Shown here piece by piece: positions 50,294 to 60,661 of a stretch of 64,000 nucleotides of DNA. Within the stretch, counting starts at the first letter, position 1. Each line of letters opens with the position of its first letter. Source of the DNA: a bacterium (lineage in GTDB: Bacteria > Armatimonadota > Zipacnadia > Zipacnadales > Zipacnadaceae); NCBI GenBank assembly GCA_030602615.1, contig JAUVZM010000001.1, positions 73,720 to 137,719 on the forward strand, given 5' to 3'. Position numbers and translations under genes: made by a program. The notes under the pieces are model-generated. The model was not told where the DNA came from and did no database searches. It worked only from the letters and a program-made list of their open reading frames with translations.

Positions 50294-50574
50294 AGAAATC
50301 CGTCTCCAACAAACGTTCTAAAGACCTTCTCCGTCATGGATCTTTCTCAGACCCGACGACTTGGTAGTTCGCGGCGAAGCGGACGTCCTCCTGCTACCTT
50401 GCAGCGGATAGTGAGCGCAGCCCACTGGTAGCAGGAGTAATATAGATAGGAAACTTTTTGCCCGCTCAAACCGTCATAGAGAGACAGTAGCGAGGCGATC
50501 GCGCAAGAACCGGTCGCCTCGTCGTTGAGTTAGCACTATAAGTAGGTAGTGTCCTTGCCGACAGGAGTGATTCG

Positions 50575-51201
50575 ATGAGTATCAGCAAATATCGGCAGCG
50601 TCGGGTGAAGTCTGGCAGATTGTTTGGGGCAGTATTTGCTTGGGTAATGCTGGCGCTGGTAGCATTGCTTACCACCGGCCTCGCTACGGGACGTGAAGAC
50701 AATAACGCGTCGTCTGAGAAGTCGGCGACAGCAGACACTGGCCGGAGGGACGATGTGGATAATAATGACGGAAAACAACTACCAGCGAATCCAGTTCAGA
50801 GAGTGGCTCACAAGGCCCTGAAGGGCGAGTACGGCAAGCTGGAAGACTGGCAGTATAAGGCGTATAAGTATGCTCTGATCCAGGAAGCTAGTGTTAACGG
50901 AGTGGCCTGGGTCACCAGTTACGGCCCCTGGGAAGGCTTTATGTTCGGCGAGGCTTGCGCCTTCGGCTATGGCTGTAGTGACTCGACTGCCGCCGCTAAC
51001 CTGATCCCCTCACATTATTATGTCCTCATAGAGCTGCCCGAAGGCTGGGAAGCGCGGCGCATTGAAGACTGTGGCGCCAAGCGCAATGACTTTGTGGCCC
51101 GCCGCAAGGGCGCGCAGGTGTGGATTGACCGCTGGGTGCGAACCAATGAGGGCAGCTACCTCACCCGCTACGCCTCCATCCGCGCCTTCAAGACCTGGTA
51201 G
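50575..51201 (+). CDS. Hypothetical secreted / membrane-anchored protein (possible 3D / DPBB-like C-terminus)
   Basis: 208 aa, N-terminal TM. Cys- and Gly-rich C-terminal domain. The 3D/DPBB domain assignment is speculative. Confidence 0.35.
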   Translation: MSISKYRQRRVKSGRLFGAVFAWVMLALVALLTTGLATGREDNNASSEKSATADTGRRDDVDNNDGKQLPANPVQRVAHKALKGEYGKLEDWQYKAYKYALIQEASVNGVAWVTSYGPWEGFMFGEACAFGYGCSDSTAAANLIPSHYYVLIELPEGWEARRIEDCGAKRNDFVARRKGAQVWIDRWVRTNEGSYLTRYASIRAFKTW

Positions 51202-51249
51202 TAAGCCCCTGCTCCGCAAATGACCTCGCGTAGTCTTCCGCCGCCTTAC

Positions 51250-51390
51250 GGAAAGAGCCCCAGGTAGCTGATTGCTCCGCCAATCGCGCGGGAGTCGGTC
51301 AGCGTCAGGTCCACCCGCCAGGAACGGTCGGGAGCCGCGCGCAGCCCGTAGTTGAACCAGTCGGTGTCGTATTCCCCGATTACTGCCAGG
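51250..51390 (-). pseudogene. Duplicated 3'-terminal fragment (about 47 codons plus stop) of the YjbH-like gene at 52444..54708
   Basis: About 94 % nucleotide identity to 52447..52589. The frame is intact and encodes ...VIGEYDTDWFNYGLRAAPDRSWRVDLTLTDSRAIGGAISYLGLFP*. Confidence 0.6.
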
Positions 51391-51442
51391 CCCTGGGAGG
51401 TAATGAGATATCGGACGGAGAACCTCAGGCACAGTAGGAGGT

Positions 51443-52324
51443 ATGTCGCAAATCTGGACTAAAAGGTGGTTCCTGGATATGTGCCAGTTCTGCGTCAAAC
51501 ATGGTGAAGGCAAGAAATGGTATCTGCAGGCAAAGAACTATGCTGAGGACCTGCTGAGCGATCTGCGGCGACGCAATGTCATCACCAATTTTTTTGGTCA
51601 TCCCGAGCACTTGGCCGAGGACTCCACCCGGCTGGCAAGCCTCGCCCGGGCACCGGCTCTTGTGCGACGCGCAATCAGCGGACTAGTGACTCGCCGGATG
51701 AAGAAACAGCATTTTGGCCAGGTGCTGCCGCTGGAAGACATCGAGGTCATCTTCGGATTTGTCAATTCCATTGTGCGGGTGCCATGCATCTGCCGCCACA
51801 TCATACTTGGCCGCGAAGTAGGATACTGCTATGGTATCTCAATGGGCCCGGGTGGTGGTGCGTTTGGTGACTTGCTGAAGAACCTGGACGATAGCTTCTT
51901 GTTCGGCCCAGATACTTCCGAGTTCGAAGAGCTGAATGCTCAGGAGGCGCTGGAGGCATTCGCCGACCACGAAAAGGAAGGTCTCTGCCACAGTGTCTGG
52001 ACCTTTGTGACTCCTTTCATTGGCGGGATATGCAACTGCGACCGAGTTGATTGTATGGCCATGAGAGCCACAGTGGTACATGATGTGAAGGTGATGTTTC
52101 GGGCGGAGTATGTCGCTGAGGTGAATCCCGACCTGTGTACGGGCTGCCGTTCCTGCATGCGTGTTTGTCAGTTCGGGGCACTTGTCTACAGTGCTGCCGA
52201 CCAGAAGGCCTCCGTAGACCAGACGGCCTGCTATGGTTGTGGCGTCTGTCGCAGCGCCTGTCCCAATGACGCCCTCGAACTGAAGCCGCGTGCGGAAGTG
52301 CCGGTTGTGGCTAACTTGTGGTAG
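51443..52324 (+). CDS. 4Fe-4S dicluster domain protein (ferredoxin-like C-terminus, Cys-rich N-terminus)
   Basis: CTGCRSCMRVC and CYGCGVCRSACP motifs, plus N-terminal CQFC and CICRH cysteines. Strong RBS GGAGG. Confidence 0.6.
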   Translation: MSQIWTKRWFLDMCQFCVKHGEGKKWYLQAKNYAEDLLSDLRRRNVITNFFGHPEHLAEDSTRLASLARAPALVRRAISGLVTRRMKKQHFGQVLPLEDIEVIFGFVNSIVRVPCICRHIILGREVGYCYGISMGPGGGAFGDLLKNLDDSFLFGPDTSEFEELNAQEALEAFADHEKEGLCHSVWTFVTPFIGGICNCDRVDCMAMRATVVHDVKVMFRAEYVAEVNPDLCTGCRSCMRVCQFGALVYSAADQKASVDQTACYGCGVCRSACPNDALELKPRAEVPVVANLW

Positions 52325-52443
52325 TTTTCGTCTAGCTTGCTGTTCCGCACTACTGGAGAAAAGGGTCGGCTTTTCGCGGATCCCCGGTGTGACTTTCTGG
52401 TGCGGTCTCACCGCCGCTCCTGGGGCCGGAATTGCCCACTTGT

Positions 52444-54708
52444 CTAGGGAAAGATGCCCAGGTAGCTGACCGCGCCGCCAATCGCGCGGGAATCGGTCAG
52501 CGTCAGGTCCACCCGCCAGGAACAGTCGGGAGCCGCGCGCAGCCCGTAGTTGAACCAGTCGGTGTCGTATTCCCCGATTACCGCCAGGGTTGGGGAAAGG
52601 CGGTATTCCGCCCCGCCGAACAGCCCACTAAGCCGCTTCGTGCCTCTGCCCAGGTGTACGCGGAGGTCACCCAGTTGCTGCGTTGCCACGATGTATTCGG
52701 CACGGCCGACGACCTCAGCGTCATCGCGGAAGCTGATGTCCTGGGCACCAATGGCAACAGCCGGGACATTGCCGTGCTGCGGCCAGAGCTGATAGTGGGC
52801 AAATACGCTGCGGTCAGTGCTGTAGTCCCAATTGGGAAAGTGGAGTGGTTCGATATCGGGAAATATGCTCAGGCGGAAGCCCAGCTCCAGGCCAGGAAGC
52901 AGCCCCACGTTGACAAAGGTGGGAATCATATCGCTGCGGTCGGCATGGGCTCCCCTGGTGTAGTCGGAATCTATGAAGCTAGCACCGACCCGATAGCTGC
53001 CATCGGGGATCACATTGGCCGTCGGTATGCGGATCAGGCCAGAAATGCCCTCGTGGGAGGGCCCCGGGATCCAGCTTTGCTTGGACATATCCCGGCGCTG
53101 GCTTGCCTGACGGCGAGAGTCAGCCGTCAGGTATGGCCCACTCAATTCGCCGCGGAAGGCGCGCAAGTCATGATCTCCCCGTAACATCTCTGTCCCTGGC
53201 GTCCCCCTATCGGTGAAGTAATCAAGAGCCAGGTAGTCAGAGGTGCGCAACCGCAAGGGCGCGGGATCATCAACCCGGCGCGGGCCAAACGGTACGGTCA
53301 CCCGCACGATTCCTTCACGCACTGGTGAGTGAACTGTTATGCCCGCCCTGAGAGTGCTCTCACCGAAACGCCGGTCCAGCTCCACCAGGCCAGTGGGGTC
53401 TATGTAGTCGGCGAACTGGCCCGCCGTGGCTCGGATGGTCAGTCCGAGGTTGCCAAACTCGTGTTCGTAGTATCCCAGCCACATGGGAATGTCAAGGTCC
53501 CAGTCGTCACGGCCCACTCGGGCCAGGCGCACACCGGCCCGCCCGTCGCCCAACTCTAATTGGGCCTCGCCAAAGGCTCCGCGCAGGCGGGTGTCGAATC
53601 GGCCCGCGCTGGCAGTCCAAAGCACTCGACCACCCATGAGTCGTCCGGTCCTGGTCAGCAAGGCGTGACTTAAGTGTGCGCCTGGGTTGTCGGCTTGCAG
53701 GCTGCCCTGCAGCGACATGCGCCAGCCCGGTGCGATGGTGGTGCTAAGCTGGGGCAGCACGAACCAGTCGGTAATGATCGGACGACGCCAGTTACCGATC
53801 TCGTAGTCCAGGGCTGGGCGGAAGCTCAGATCAAAGCGCCCAAAGCTTTCGTTGAGCAGCCCACTGCTGTCGGCCACCGCGCCATCGGGCGCCGTCGGAC
53901 GAGTTTCCCTCAGTCCCTCCGGAACAGCGCCGGGCTTTGGCAATTGCTGAGATTTGTCGGCTTTGGTGGTGACGGTGATAACGGGCACGTCGTCGCGCTT
54001 GGCCGTCAGATACAAAACCGTGCCTGCCGAACAATGCTGAGAAGCAATCTGCGCTGCTATGCCCAGTGCCTCTGTATCGCTGCGGTAGGTACGGTTTTCA
54101 TATTCTATAGCTATGTGGCCGGATTCGAGCAGGCTTACTGCGACGTTTTCCAGTCCGGCCCCGACAAGGGCCTGTCCTATCTTTGAGGCGAAGCCAGGCT
54201 GCAGGCTCGGTGGCTTGGTGGTTGTGGGGCGTGGGGCAGGCTCTGCCTGGAGCGTTTGGTATCCGGGTTCACCGGGTTGCCCAATCTGCGGTGCGCCTGT
54301 GGCGGCTGCCGCTTGCTGCAGGAGCCTGCCGGCCTCCGCCATAGCCTCGGATCCGGCATTTCTCTCGGCGAAATGCATAAGGCCAGAGGGGCTGGTGGAA
54401 AACTCGAGAAAGTGCCGGCCCTCGCGCCGGGCGATGACACAGACTTTGTCGCAGCCACCGATGATATCCTGGGTGCCAACAGCGATTAGGGCAAGTGCTA
54501 GCTTATCCGAGAACTGTTTGCTGAAGGCGTATGTGATGGATAGCTCGTTGTTCTGACGCTCGAAGCTGACTTCCTGCAATCCGCAGGCAACAAGTAGCTG
54601 CTTGCCCTCCTGCTGGGCAGTGCCGCCTTCAGCGTACCCGGCAACGGCGACTAGGCCACATACGAGCATCCATGCAACGATACGCCATTCAGAACGTCGC
54701 ACCAGCAT
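52444..54708 (-). CDS. YjbH/GfcD-family-like putative outer-membrane beta-barrel protein (polysaccharide-export associated)
   Basis: 754 aa. Signal peptide. SGLIRIPTANVIPDGSYRVGASF resembles the YjbH GLL.mPtAr.. motif. Beta-rich with alternating aromatic residues, C-terminal aromatic end. Confidence 0.4.
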   Translation of the reverse strand: MLVRRSEWRIVAWMLVCGLVAVAGYAEGGTAQQEGKQLLVACGLQEVSFERQNNELSITYAFSKQFSDKLALALIAVGTQDIIGGCDKVCVIARREGRHFLEFSTSPSGLMHFAERNAGSEAMAEAGRLLQQAAAATGAPQIGQPGEPGYQTLQAEPAPRPTTTKPPSLQPGFASKIGQALVGAGLENVAVSLLESGHIAIEYENRTYRSDTEALGIAAQIASQHCSAGTVLYLTAKRDDVPVITVTTKADKSQQLPKPGAVPEGLRETRPTAPDGAVADSSGLLNESFGRFDLSFRPALDYEIGNWRRPIITDWFVLPQLSTTIAPGWRMSLQGSLQADNPGAHLSHALLTRTGRLMGGRVLWTASAGRFDTRLRGAFGEAQLELGDGRAGVRLARVGRDDWDLDIPMWLGYYEHEFGNLGLTIRATAGQFADYIDPTGLVELDRRFGESTLRAGITVHSPVREGIVRVTVPFGPRRVDDPAPLRLRTSDYLALDYFTDRGTPGTEMLRGDHDLRAFRGELSGPYLTADSRRQASQRRDMSKQSWIPGPSHEGISGLIRIPTANVIPDGSYRVGASFIDSDYTRGAHADRSDMIPTFVNVGLLPGLELGFRLSIFPDIEPLHFPNWDYSTDRSVFAHYQLWPQHGNVPAVAIGAQDISFRDDAEVVGRAEYIVATQQLGDLRVHLGRGTKRLSGLFGGAEYRLSPTLAVIGEYDTDWFNYGLRAAPDCSWRVDLTLTDSRAIGGAVSYLGIFP

Positions 54709-54801
54709 AAGGCTGCCCCCCTTCCAGTTGGACGGAAATGCGCTGATCTATGCCGCGCGACCTGTCTCAAGTCCGGGACACTAGCTATGCCCAGGCAAGC
54801 T

Positions 54802-55209
54802 CTAATCGCCACCTTCACTGTGGCCGGTGCCCCAGGTGGTTTCCCCAGCTGCGATCGTTATCGTCACCGCTATGTCCACTACCCCGTCGTCGTCTATGTC
54901 AACTTCCAGTTCGTACTCGCCCGGCGGCAAATCACTGAGCACATAGAATCCCAGTGAGTTAGTGATGGCGAGTTCCTCACCGAGAGTAACCACCGCACCG
55001 ACAGCGGGCACATAGCCTTCCGGCGGCGTCGGGCTGGCACTGATGATTATGGGAGGTGCCACCGCAACGCCAGGGGCACCCACATCGAGCTCGTACACAT
55101 ATCCCTTCGCCGTCCCGACGTTGGCCCCCTCTCCACCACATCCTACCAATCCCACCACAAGACCAACAACCACCACCACTATTATGGTACTACCGACTAG
55201 TCGCATCAT
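54802..55209 (-). CDS. Lipoprotein with carboxypeptidase-regulatory-like (CarbopepD_reg / Cna-B-like) domain
   Basis: Lipobox VVGLVGCGG. GAVVTLGEE..TNSLGFYVLSDLPPGEYELEV is typical of the beta-sandwich regulatory domain. Confidence 0.45.
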   Translation of the reverse strand: MMRLVGSTIIVVVVVGLVVGLVGCGGEGANVGTAKGYVYELDVGAPGVAVAPPIIISASPTPPEGYVPAVGAVVTLGEELAITNSLGFYVLSDLPPGEYELEVDIDDDGVVDIAVTITIAAGETTWGTGHSEGGD

Positions 55210-55723
55210 TCCAACTGCACCTCCGTTCAAGTTGTAGGTTCCTGGGCAGGGTGCTTCGCAGTACAGCTGGGCGCTGCTGGCGGGCCAGCCCCTTCTGCTC
55301 TGCGTGCCATTGGCGAAAGTTGTGGCCTCTTCTCAGCTATCCTCCACCTGAGCAGGCCACATTCTCATCTGTATCGCCAATGTCCCTGCACCACCCTATC
55401 TGCAATTGGTGTGCCAGACTTCTCACCCTACAGGAATCTCCCACCACGACAGCGCATTTTTCTGGCGTACTCGGGTTTAGGTTGACAATTTATGGGTAAT
55501 ATATTGACATTCTTGCCACAATTGACAGATAACTGCCAAACTGGCTAGCAGGCAGTTCTTGGAACTGCCATCAAAGCAGCCTTAGGCCAGTTTGAAACTA
55601 CAGTTTATGCCGTCTGGGGGGCAGGCGCAACACGCGCCGCTCCCCAGGCGGCATTTTCTTTTGTGCAAGCAAATCGCCGTGATGACAAGCTGCATAGCGC
55701 AAGTGAACATTAGGAGGTACATG

Positions 55724-56650
55724 ATGAGAAACTATCAGCAACGCAGTGTAATTCTTGTAGGAGTGTTGGCGTTCATTCTGTTGGTTACTGGATGTGGCGG
55801 AGGCCCTTCCATGGCCCCGGGAGTAGGTAATGCTCCCTCCCCCGTAACCGGTAAGATCGCCTTCTGCACCACCCGTGACGGTAACCATGAGATCTATTTG
55901 ATGGATACCGACGGCAGCGGCCAGACCAATCTTACCAACAATCCGGCCCTGGACGCAACCCCGGCGTGGTCGCCCGACGGCAGCAAGATTGCCTTCCGAA
56001 GCGATCGCGACGGCAACTCTGAGATCTACGTGATGGGTGCCGATGGCAGCAACCCAACCCGGCTCACCAATAACTCGGCGTTGAACTCAGCGCCAGCCTG
56101 GTCGCCCGACGGCACTAAGATTGCCTTCCAGAGCGACCTCACCGGCCAGTATGAGATCTGGGCGATGAACGCCGATGGCACCGGACAAGTCAATCTTACC
56201 AACGACTCGGCGCGGGACTTGTACCCGGCCTGGTCTCCCGATGGCGCCGAGATTGCCTTCACCAGCGAACGCGACGGGGACGCTGAGATCTACGTAATGG
56301 GTGCCGATGGTACCAGTCCAACCCGGCTTACCAACAGCTCAGCGGTGGAATCGGCTCCGGCCTGGTCGCCTGATGGTACTAGGATTGCCTTCAGCAGGAG
56401 AGAAGCCGACAGCTACTATTACGATGTCTATGTGATGAACGCTGACGGCAGTGACCAAGTCAATCTTACAAACGGAGCCCCTCCGTCGGATTTGACCCCA
56501 ACGTGGTCGCCCGATGGCACCAGGATTGCCTTCCAGAGCAGCCGGGTGGCACCGTACGAAATCTACGTGATGAACGCTGACGGCACTGGGCGAACCAATC
56601 TTACCAATACCTCGGCCAAGGAGTCCTGGCCGGTGTGGTCGCCGCATTGA
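55724..56650 (+). CDS. TolB-like beta-propeller lipoprotein (PD40 / WD40-like repeats)
   Basis: AGGAGG RBS, lipobox LLVTGCGG, and seven IAF.S.RDGN.EIYVM.ADGS...LTN repeats. Start set to ATG 55724; the tool ORF starts at 55592. Confidence 0.75.
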   Translation: MRNYQQRSVILVGVLAFILLVTGCGGGPSMAPGVGNAPSPVTGKIAFCTTRDGNHEIYLMDTDGSGQTNLTNNPALDATPAWSPDGSKIAFRSDRDGNSEIYVMGADGSNPTRLTNNSALNSAPAWSPDGTKIAFQSDLTGQYEIWAMNADGTGQVNLTNDSARDLYPAWSPDGAEIAFTSERDGDAEIYVMGADGTSPTRLTNSSAVESAPAWSPDGTRIAFSRREADSYYYDVYVMNADGSDQVNLTNGAPPSDLTPTWSPDGTRIAFQSSRVAPYEIYVMNADGTGRTNLTNTSAKESWPVWSPH

Positions 56651-56825
56651 CTGCCGACAGCAACCCGACGGGAAGCTGCCAGGCGGCGGCCGGCCTACGA
56701 CCAATACCGTCATATTACTGACGGCAACTGATTGACTGTGTTGTCGGGCGGCCCGTTTTTGGGTGATGATAGGAGCGGTATGGAATGACGAAGCGATAGC
56801 ACGCAATGGTCTGCTATCGGCAGAG

Positions 56826-57830
56826 TCACAACCAGTTCAGCGCCAGTGGTGCTCCCTGGACCATGCTCTGATTGGCGAACGGTCGGTAGCGGTGCGCCTG
56901 GGAGAGTTTGTCAATTCGCTCGATGTCCTCAGAGTCTATCTCCACCTCCACTACATCCCACAGCGCCTCATAGTGCTCGGCACGGCTGCCGCCCATTATC
57001 GCTGAGGTCACATACGGCTTGGCCAGCAGCCAGGCATAAGCAAGCTCTGTCAGTTCTATCCCATACTGGCCTGCAATCTCCTCTAACTCATCGAGAATTT
57101 CGAAAAAATCCTGGCCGAACTCCTGTTTTCTTGCAGACTCCGATCGCTCGAAGCGGGCGCCTTCGGGAGGCGGCTTGTCTCGCTGGTACAGGCCGGTCAG
57201 CAGGCCACCGCACAGCGGGCCGTAGGTCATAGTCGCGATGTTGAACCGCTGGCAGAAGGGGACAGTCTCATTCTCGATGGCTCGGTCAATAATGTTGTAA
57301 CGGCATTGAATGGACACCAACGGCTCCCAGTTATGCAGGGTGCTGACCCCGAGCATATGGGCCATCTGCCAGGCATAGTGGTTGCAGACTCCGATATAGC
57401 GCACTTTGCCCTGCTTCACCAGCGTGTCCAGTGTGGAAAGCGTCTCTTCAACGGGCGTCTTGGGGTCGGGATGATGGAGCATATACAGGTCAATATGGTC
57501 GGTCTGCAGCCGCCGCAGGCTGTCCTCAACAGCCTGCATAATGTGCAGGCGCGAGCAGCCCCCGGTGTTTGGTCCCTCCCCCATTCGCACCCAGAACTTG
57601 GTGGCCAGTACCACGTCGTCCCGGCGCCCCTGCAAAGCCCGCCCCAGAACTTCCTCACCATAGCCTTGGCCATAGGCATCGGCGCAGTCAATGAAGTTTA
57701 TGCCATGATCCAGCGCCGCGTGGACTACGCCGATAGCTTCGTCTTCCTCAACTCGATTGGGCAGATCCATAAAGCCTAGACAGAGCCGAGAGACCTGCAT
57801 ACCGCTGTTCCCAAACTTGACGTATTCCAT
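56826..57830 (-). CDS. Aldo-keto reductase
   Basis: 334 aa. AKR catalytic tetrad region DCADAYG...GRRDDVVLATK. Confidence 0.85.
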   Translation of the reverse strand: MEYVKFGNSGMQVSRLCLGFMDLPNRVEEDEAIGVVHAALDHGINFIDCADAYGQGYGEEVLGRALQGRRDDVVLATKFWVRMGEGPNTGGCSRLHIMQAVEDSLRRLQTDHIDLYMLHHPDPKTPVEETLSTLDTLVKQGKVRYIGVCNHYAWQMAHMLGVSTLHNWEPLVSIQCRYNIIDRAIENETVPFCQRFNIATMTYGPLCGGLLTGLYQRDKPPPEGARFERSESARKQEFGQDFFEILDELEEIAGQYGIELTELAYAWLLAKPYVTSAIMGGSRAEHYEALWDVVEVEIDSEDIERIDKLSQAHRYRPFANQSMVQGAPLALNWL

Positions 57831-57881
57831 AGTCCTTTGCTTGCCTCCTGTTCAGAGATATCTGATTAGCCAGTAACGGCA

Positions 57882-58982
57882 CTATTCACCGAGCGCAGCG
57901 TGACTCTCTTTCAGCCGCTCGATGATGGGGATATCCTGGGGGCATTTCTCCTCGCATTCTCCACACTCTACGCAGGCGGAAGCGTTCATCTTGCCCTCTT
58001 TGTTGTCGGGCCCCAATCTCCGATAGAGTTGTTTCGCATGTGCGGTCAGGCCCCACACCCTGTGGTGGTTCATTGCCACGAAGATGTCCGGAATCGCCAC
58101 GCCTTGCGGACAAGGAATGCAGTAGTTGCAGCCCGTGCAGTAGAGTTCTGCTAGGCGCTTGTTCTCTTCCAGAGCACTCTGAATGGCTTGCATCTCTTTA
58201 TTGGAAAGCGGCGCTTCTCGGGAGGCAACGGCACAATTCTCTTCCACTTGGGCGCGGGTGTTCATACCGGAGAAAGCAATCGTAACGTTGGGGTTTGCCA
58301 ACACGAATCGCAGGGCGAGCTCCGGCGTGCTGCTGACCCCTGGAACCATCGATTCGACGCGCTCGGAAGCCATACCCAAGCGCCCTCCGCCCACCGGGCC
58401 CATGATCTCGACACCCGTCCCAGATTCGTGGGCATGGGCGATGACTTCCTCGTTAGCCCGATCCAACAGGTTATACTGAAGCAGAATGCCTTCAAAAACG
58501 CCGGTATTGATGAGCTTGGTCATGTTTTCTGGGCTATCATGACAGGAGAAGACCAAGTGGCCGATAATACCCTGGTCACGCGCCTTTAGTGCTTTTTTGT
58601 GCAGTTTCGGCTCGTAGACGCGAGTGTAGACGTCCCAGGTGAGGCCATGGATGACCTTGTAGAAGTCTATGTGATCGGTTTGGAGGCGTTCCAGTTGGGT
58701 TTCAAGCCGCTGCCACCACCCGGCCACCGTCTCGTCGTGCAGCGGGTTTTTGGTGGCGATATAGACCTGATCACGGCGGTCTTTGATCGCTTGGCCGACG
58801 TATTTTTCGCTGCGCCCTTCCCCGCCGTATCCGTAAGCAGAATCTACGTAGTTGACGCCGAGATCCATGCCCAGCCTCAACAGAGCTACAGATTCTTCCG
58901 GGTCATCAAAAGGCAGACGCATAGCGCCGTATCCTAGTGCTGATACTATCTTGCCCGTGTTGGCGTACTCACGGTATTGCAT
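57882..58982 (-). CDS. Aldo-keto reductase fused to a C-terminal 2x[4Fe-4S] ferredoxin domain
   Basis: AKR N-terminus (DSAYGYG, ATK) followed by CTGCNYCIPCP and CVECGECEEKCP. Confidence 0.8.
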   Translation of the reverse strand: MQYREYANTGKIVSALGYGAMRLPFDDPEESVALLRLGMDLGVNYVDSAYGYGGEGRSEKYVGQAIKDRRDQVYIATKNPLHDETVAGWWQRLETQLERLQTDHIDFYKVIHGLTWDVYTRVYEPKLHKKALKARDQGIIGHLVFSCHDSPENMTKLINTGVFEGILLQYNLLDRANEEVIAHAHESGTGVEIMGPVGGGRLGMASERVESMVPGVSSTPELALRFVLANPNVTIAFSGMNTRAQVEENCAVASREAPLSNKEMQAIQSALEENKRLAELYCTGCNYCIPCPQGVAIPDIFVAMNHHRVWGLTAHAKQLYRRLGPDNKEGKMNASACVECGECEEKCPQDIPIIERLKESHAALGE

Positions 58983-59039
58983 ACGCTTTTTCCTCCTTGT
59001 AGGCACGAACTTGCAATGACTCGACGCACTTCGCAGACT

Positions 59040-60161
59040 TTAGTAGTATCCTTCGGGGATTGTGCCGGCCTTCATCTGGACTTGTCGCAGTTCGCTGCCT
59101 TTTTGCACGGTCAGTTTTATAATGTCGCCAATTTTGTGGCTGCGGATCTGCTTCTGGAGTTCGTCTGTGTCCGTCACGACCTGGCTGTCAACCTCCAGAA
59201 TCACATCGCCCGGCTCAATCCCAGCTCGCGCAGCGGGGCTGGCTTCGGCCACGGCTATCACCACCAGGCCCCTATTGGTGCCTAGCTGAAGGTAGTGAGC
59301 CAGCCCCTGACTGTTCTTTTGCACATTGAGCAGGCCGACCCACGGCCCGCGATTTACCAGGAAGTACATCATCTCCTTGGCCTGGTTTATGGGAATGGCA
59401 AAGCCGATACCCAGACTGGTTTTGGTGGGGCTGAAAATGGCGAAGTTAATACCGATAACGTTGCCACCTAAATCCACCAGCGGCCCGCCGCTGTTGCCCG
59501 TGTTGATGGCCGCGTCGGTCTGAATGACCTCGCGCCTCTTATCTCGTATCTCGCGGGGGCCTTTGGCGCTGACAATACCAGCAGTAACTGTATTCTCGAA
59601 ATCAAAGGGATTGCCCACAGCGATGACTTTCTGCCCGACTCGCACCTGGGCCGAATTGCCCAGCGGCAAGGCTGTGAGCGCCCTGGGGGCATCAACCGGC
59701 TCGATTACTGCAATATCGTTGGCGGGGTCGGCTCCTAGCTTTTTGGCCTCGAACTGATCGCCGTCCACGGTCTTCACAACCAGTCGCTCTGCCCCGCCGA
59801 TGACATGGGTATTGGTCAGGATCAACTTTTTCCCGCCATATTCGAAGACAAAGCCCGACCCTACCCCTTTCTGCTCACGGGGAGGCAGCCGGAAAAAGAA
59901 GCCAGGAGGTTCAATCAGGTGGGTGGAAATGATCTTGACGACGCCCCGGCTGACCTTCTGGGCTGCCTCAATCACAGCCTCGTCTTCGGAGATCACCTTG
60001 ACAGGTTGTGGCTGGGGCGGTGGCGGCTGGGGGCTTGGCGGAATCGCCGACGGCATACTATTCATAACCACATACGTCCCGATGCCGCCGCCGATCAGGC
60101 CAAAGATCAGCGCCACCACAACCACAGCTAACACGCTCAAACCTCTACTGCGTGCCACCAC
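59040..60161 (-). CDS. HtrA/DegP-family serine protease with PDZ domain
   Basis: N-terminal TM. Catalytic TNTHVI, D, and GNSGGPL. C-terminal PDZ. Confidence 0.85.
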   Translation of the reverse strand: MVARSRGLSVLAVVVVALIFGLIGGGIGTYVVMNSMPSAIPPSPQPPPPQPQPVKVISEDEAVIEAAQKVSRGVVKIISTHLIEPPGFFFRLPPREQKGVGSGFVFEYGGKKLILTNTHVIGGAERLVVKTVDGDQFEAKKLGADPANDIAVIEPVDAPRALTALPLGNSAQVRVGQKVIAVGNPFDFENTVTAGIVSAKGPREIRDKRREVIQTDAAINTGNSGGPLVDLGGNVIGINFAIFSPTKTSLGIGFAIPINQAKEMMYFLVNRGPWVGLLNVQKNSQGLAHYLQLGTNRGLVVIAVAEASPAARAGIEPGDVILEVDSQVVTDTDELQKQIRSHKIGDIIKLTVQKGSELRQVQMKAGTIPEGYY

Positions 60162-60170
60162 AACGCCTCC

Positions 60171-60641
60171 TTAGTCGGGTATTGACTTGAGCGCATTTAC
60201 CTGCTCGATGGCGGTGAGAGCCGCCTCGAAGCCGCGGTTGGGCAGCTTGGTGCCAGCCCGTTCGATGGCCTGTTCGATGGTCTCGGCGGTCACCACGCCA
60301 AAGATGACTGGTACGCCCGTCTGCAAGCCTGCTTGAGCGACGCCCTTGGCGCATTCGCTGGCAACGAACTCAAAGTGCGAGGTCGCGCCGCGAATCACCG
60401 CCCCAACTGCAATGACTGCGTGGTAGCGGCCCGACTGAGCCATCTTCAAACAAGCCAGTGGTATCTCGAACGAACCGGGCACATAGAGCGTGGCAATGTC
60501 TTCGTCGGCTGCTCCATGGCGGCTGAGGCCATCTATGACGCCCTCAACCAAGTGCTTGGTGATGAAGCTGTTGTAACGGCTGACCACAATAGCAAACTTC
60601 AGACTGGTCGCATCCAGCTTGCCTTCGATTACCTGACCCAT
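60171..60641 (-). CDS. ribH: 6,7-dimethyl-8-ribityllumazine synthase
   Basis: 156 aa. Lumazine synthase signature [18 protein letters not shown]. Confidence 0.9.
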   Translation of the reverse strand: MGQVIEGKLDATSLKFAIVVSRYNSFITKHLVEGVIDGLSRHGAADEDIATLYVPGSFEIPLACLKMAQSGRYHAVIAVGAVIRGATSHFEFVASECAKGVAQAGLQTGVPVIFGVVTAETIEQAIERAGTKLPNRGFEAALTAIEQVNALKSIPD

Positions 60642-60661
60642 AATCTTCTCCTTCTCCGGCT

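Noticed and set aside
51010-51513. 167-aa minus-strand ORF reported across the duplicated fragment
   Set aside because: It is in a different frame from the YjbH-like C-terminus it overlaps, and antisense to the 4Fe-4S gene start. Treated as an artefact. The in-frame fragment is annotated as a pseudogene remnant instead.
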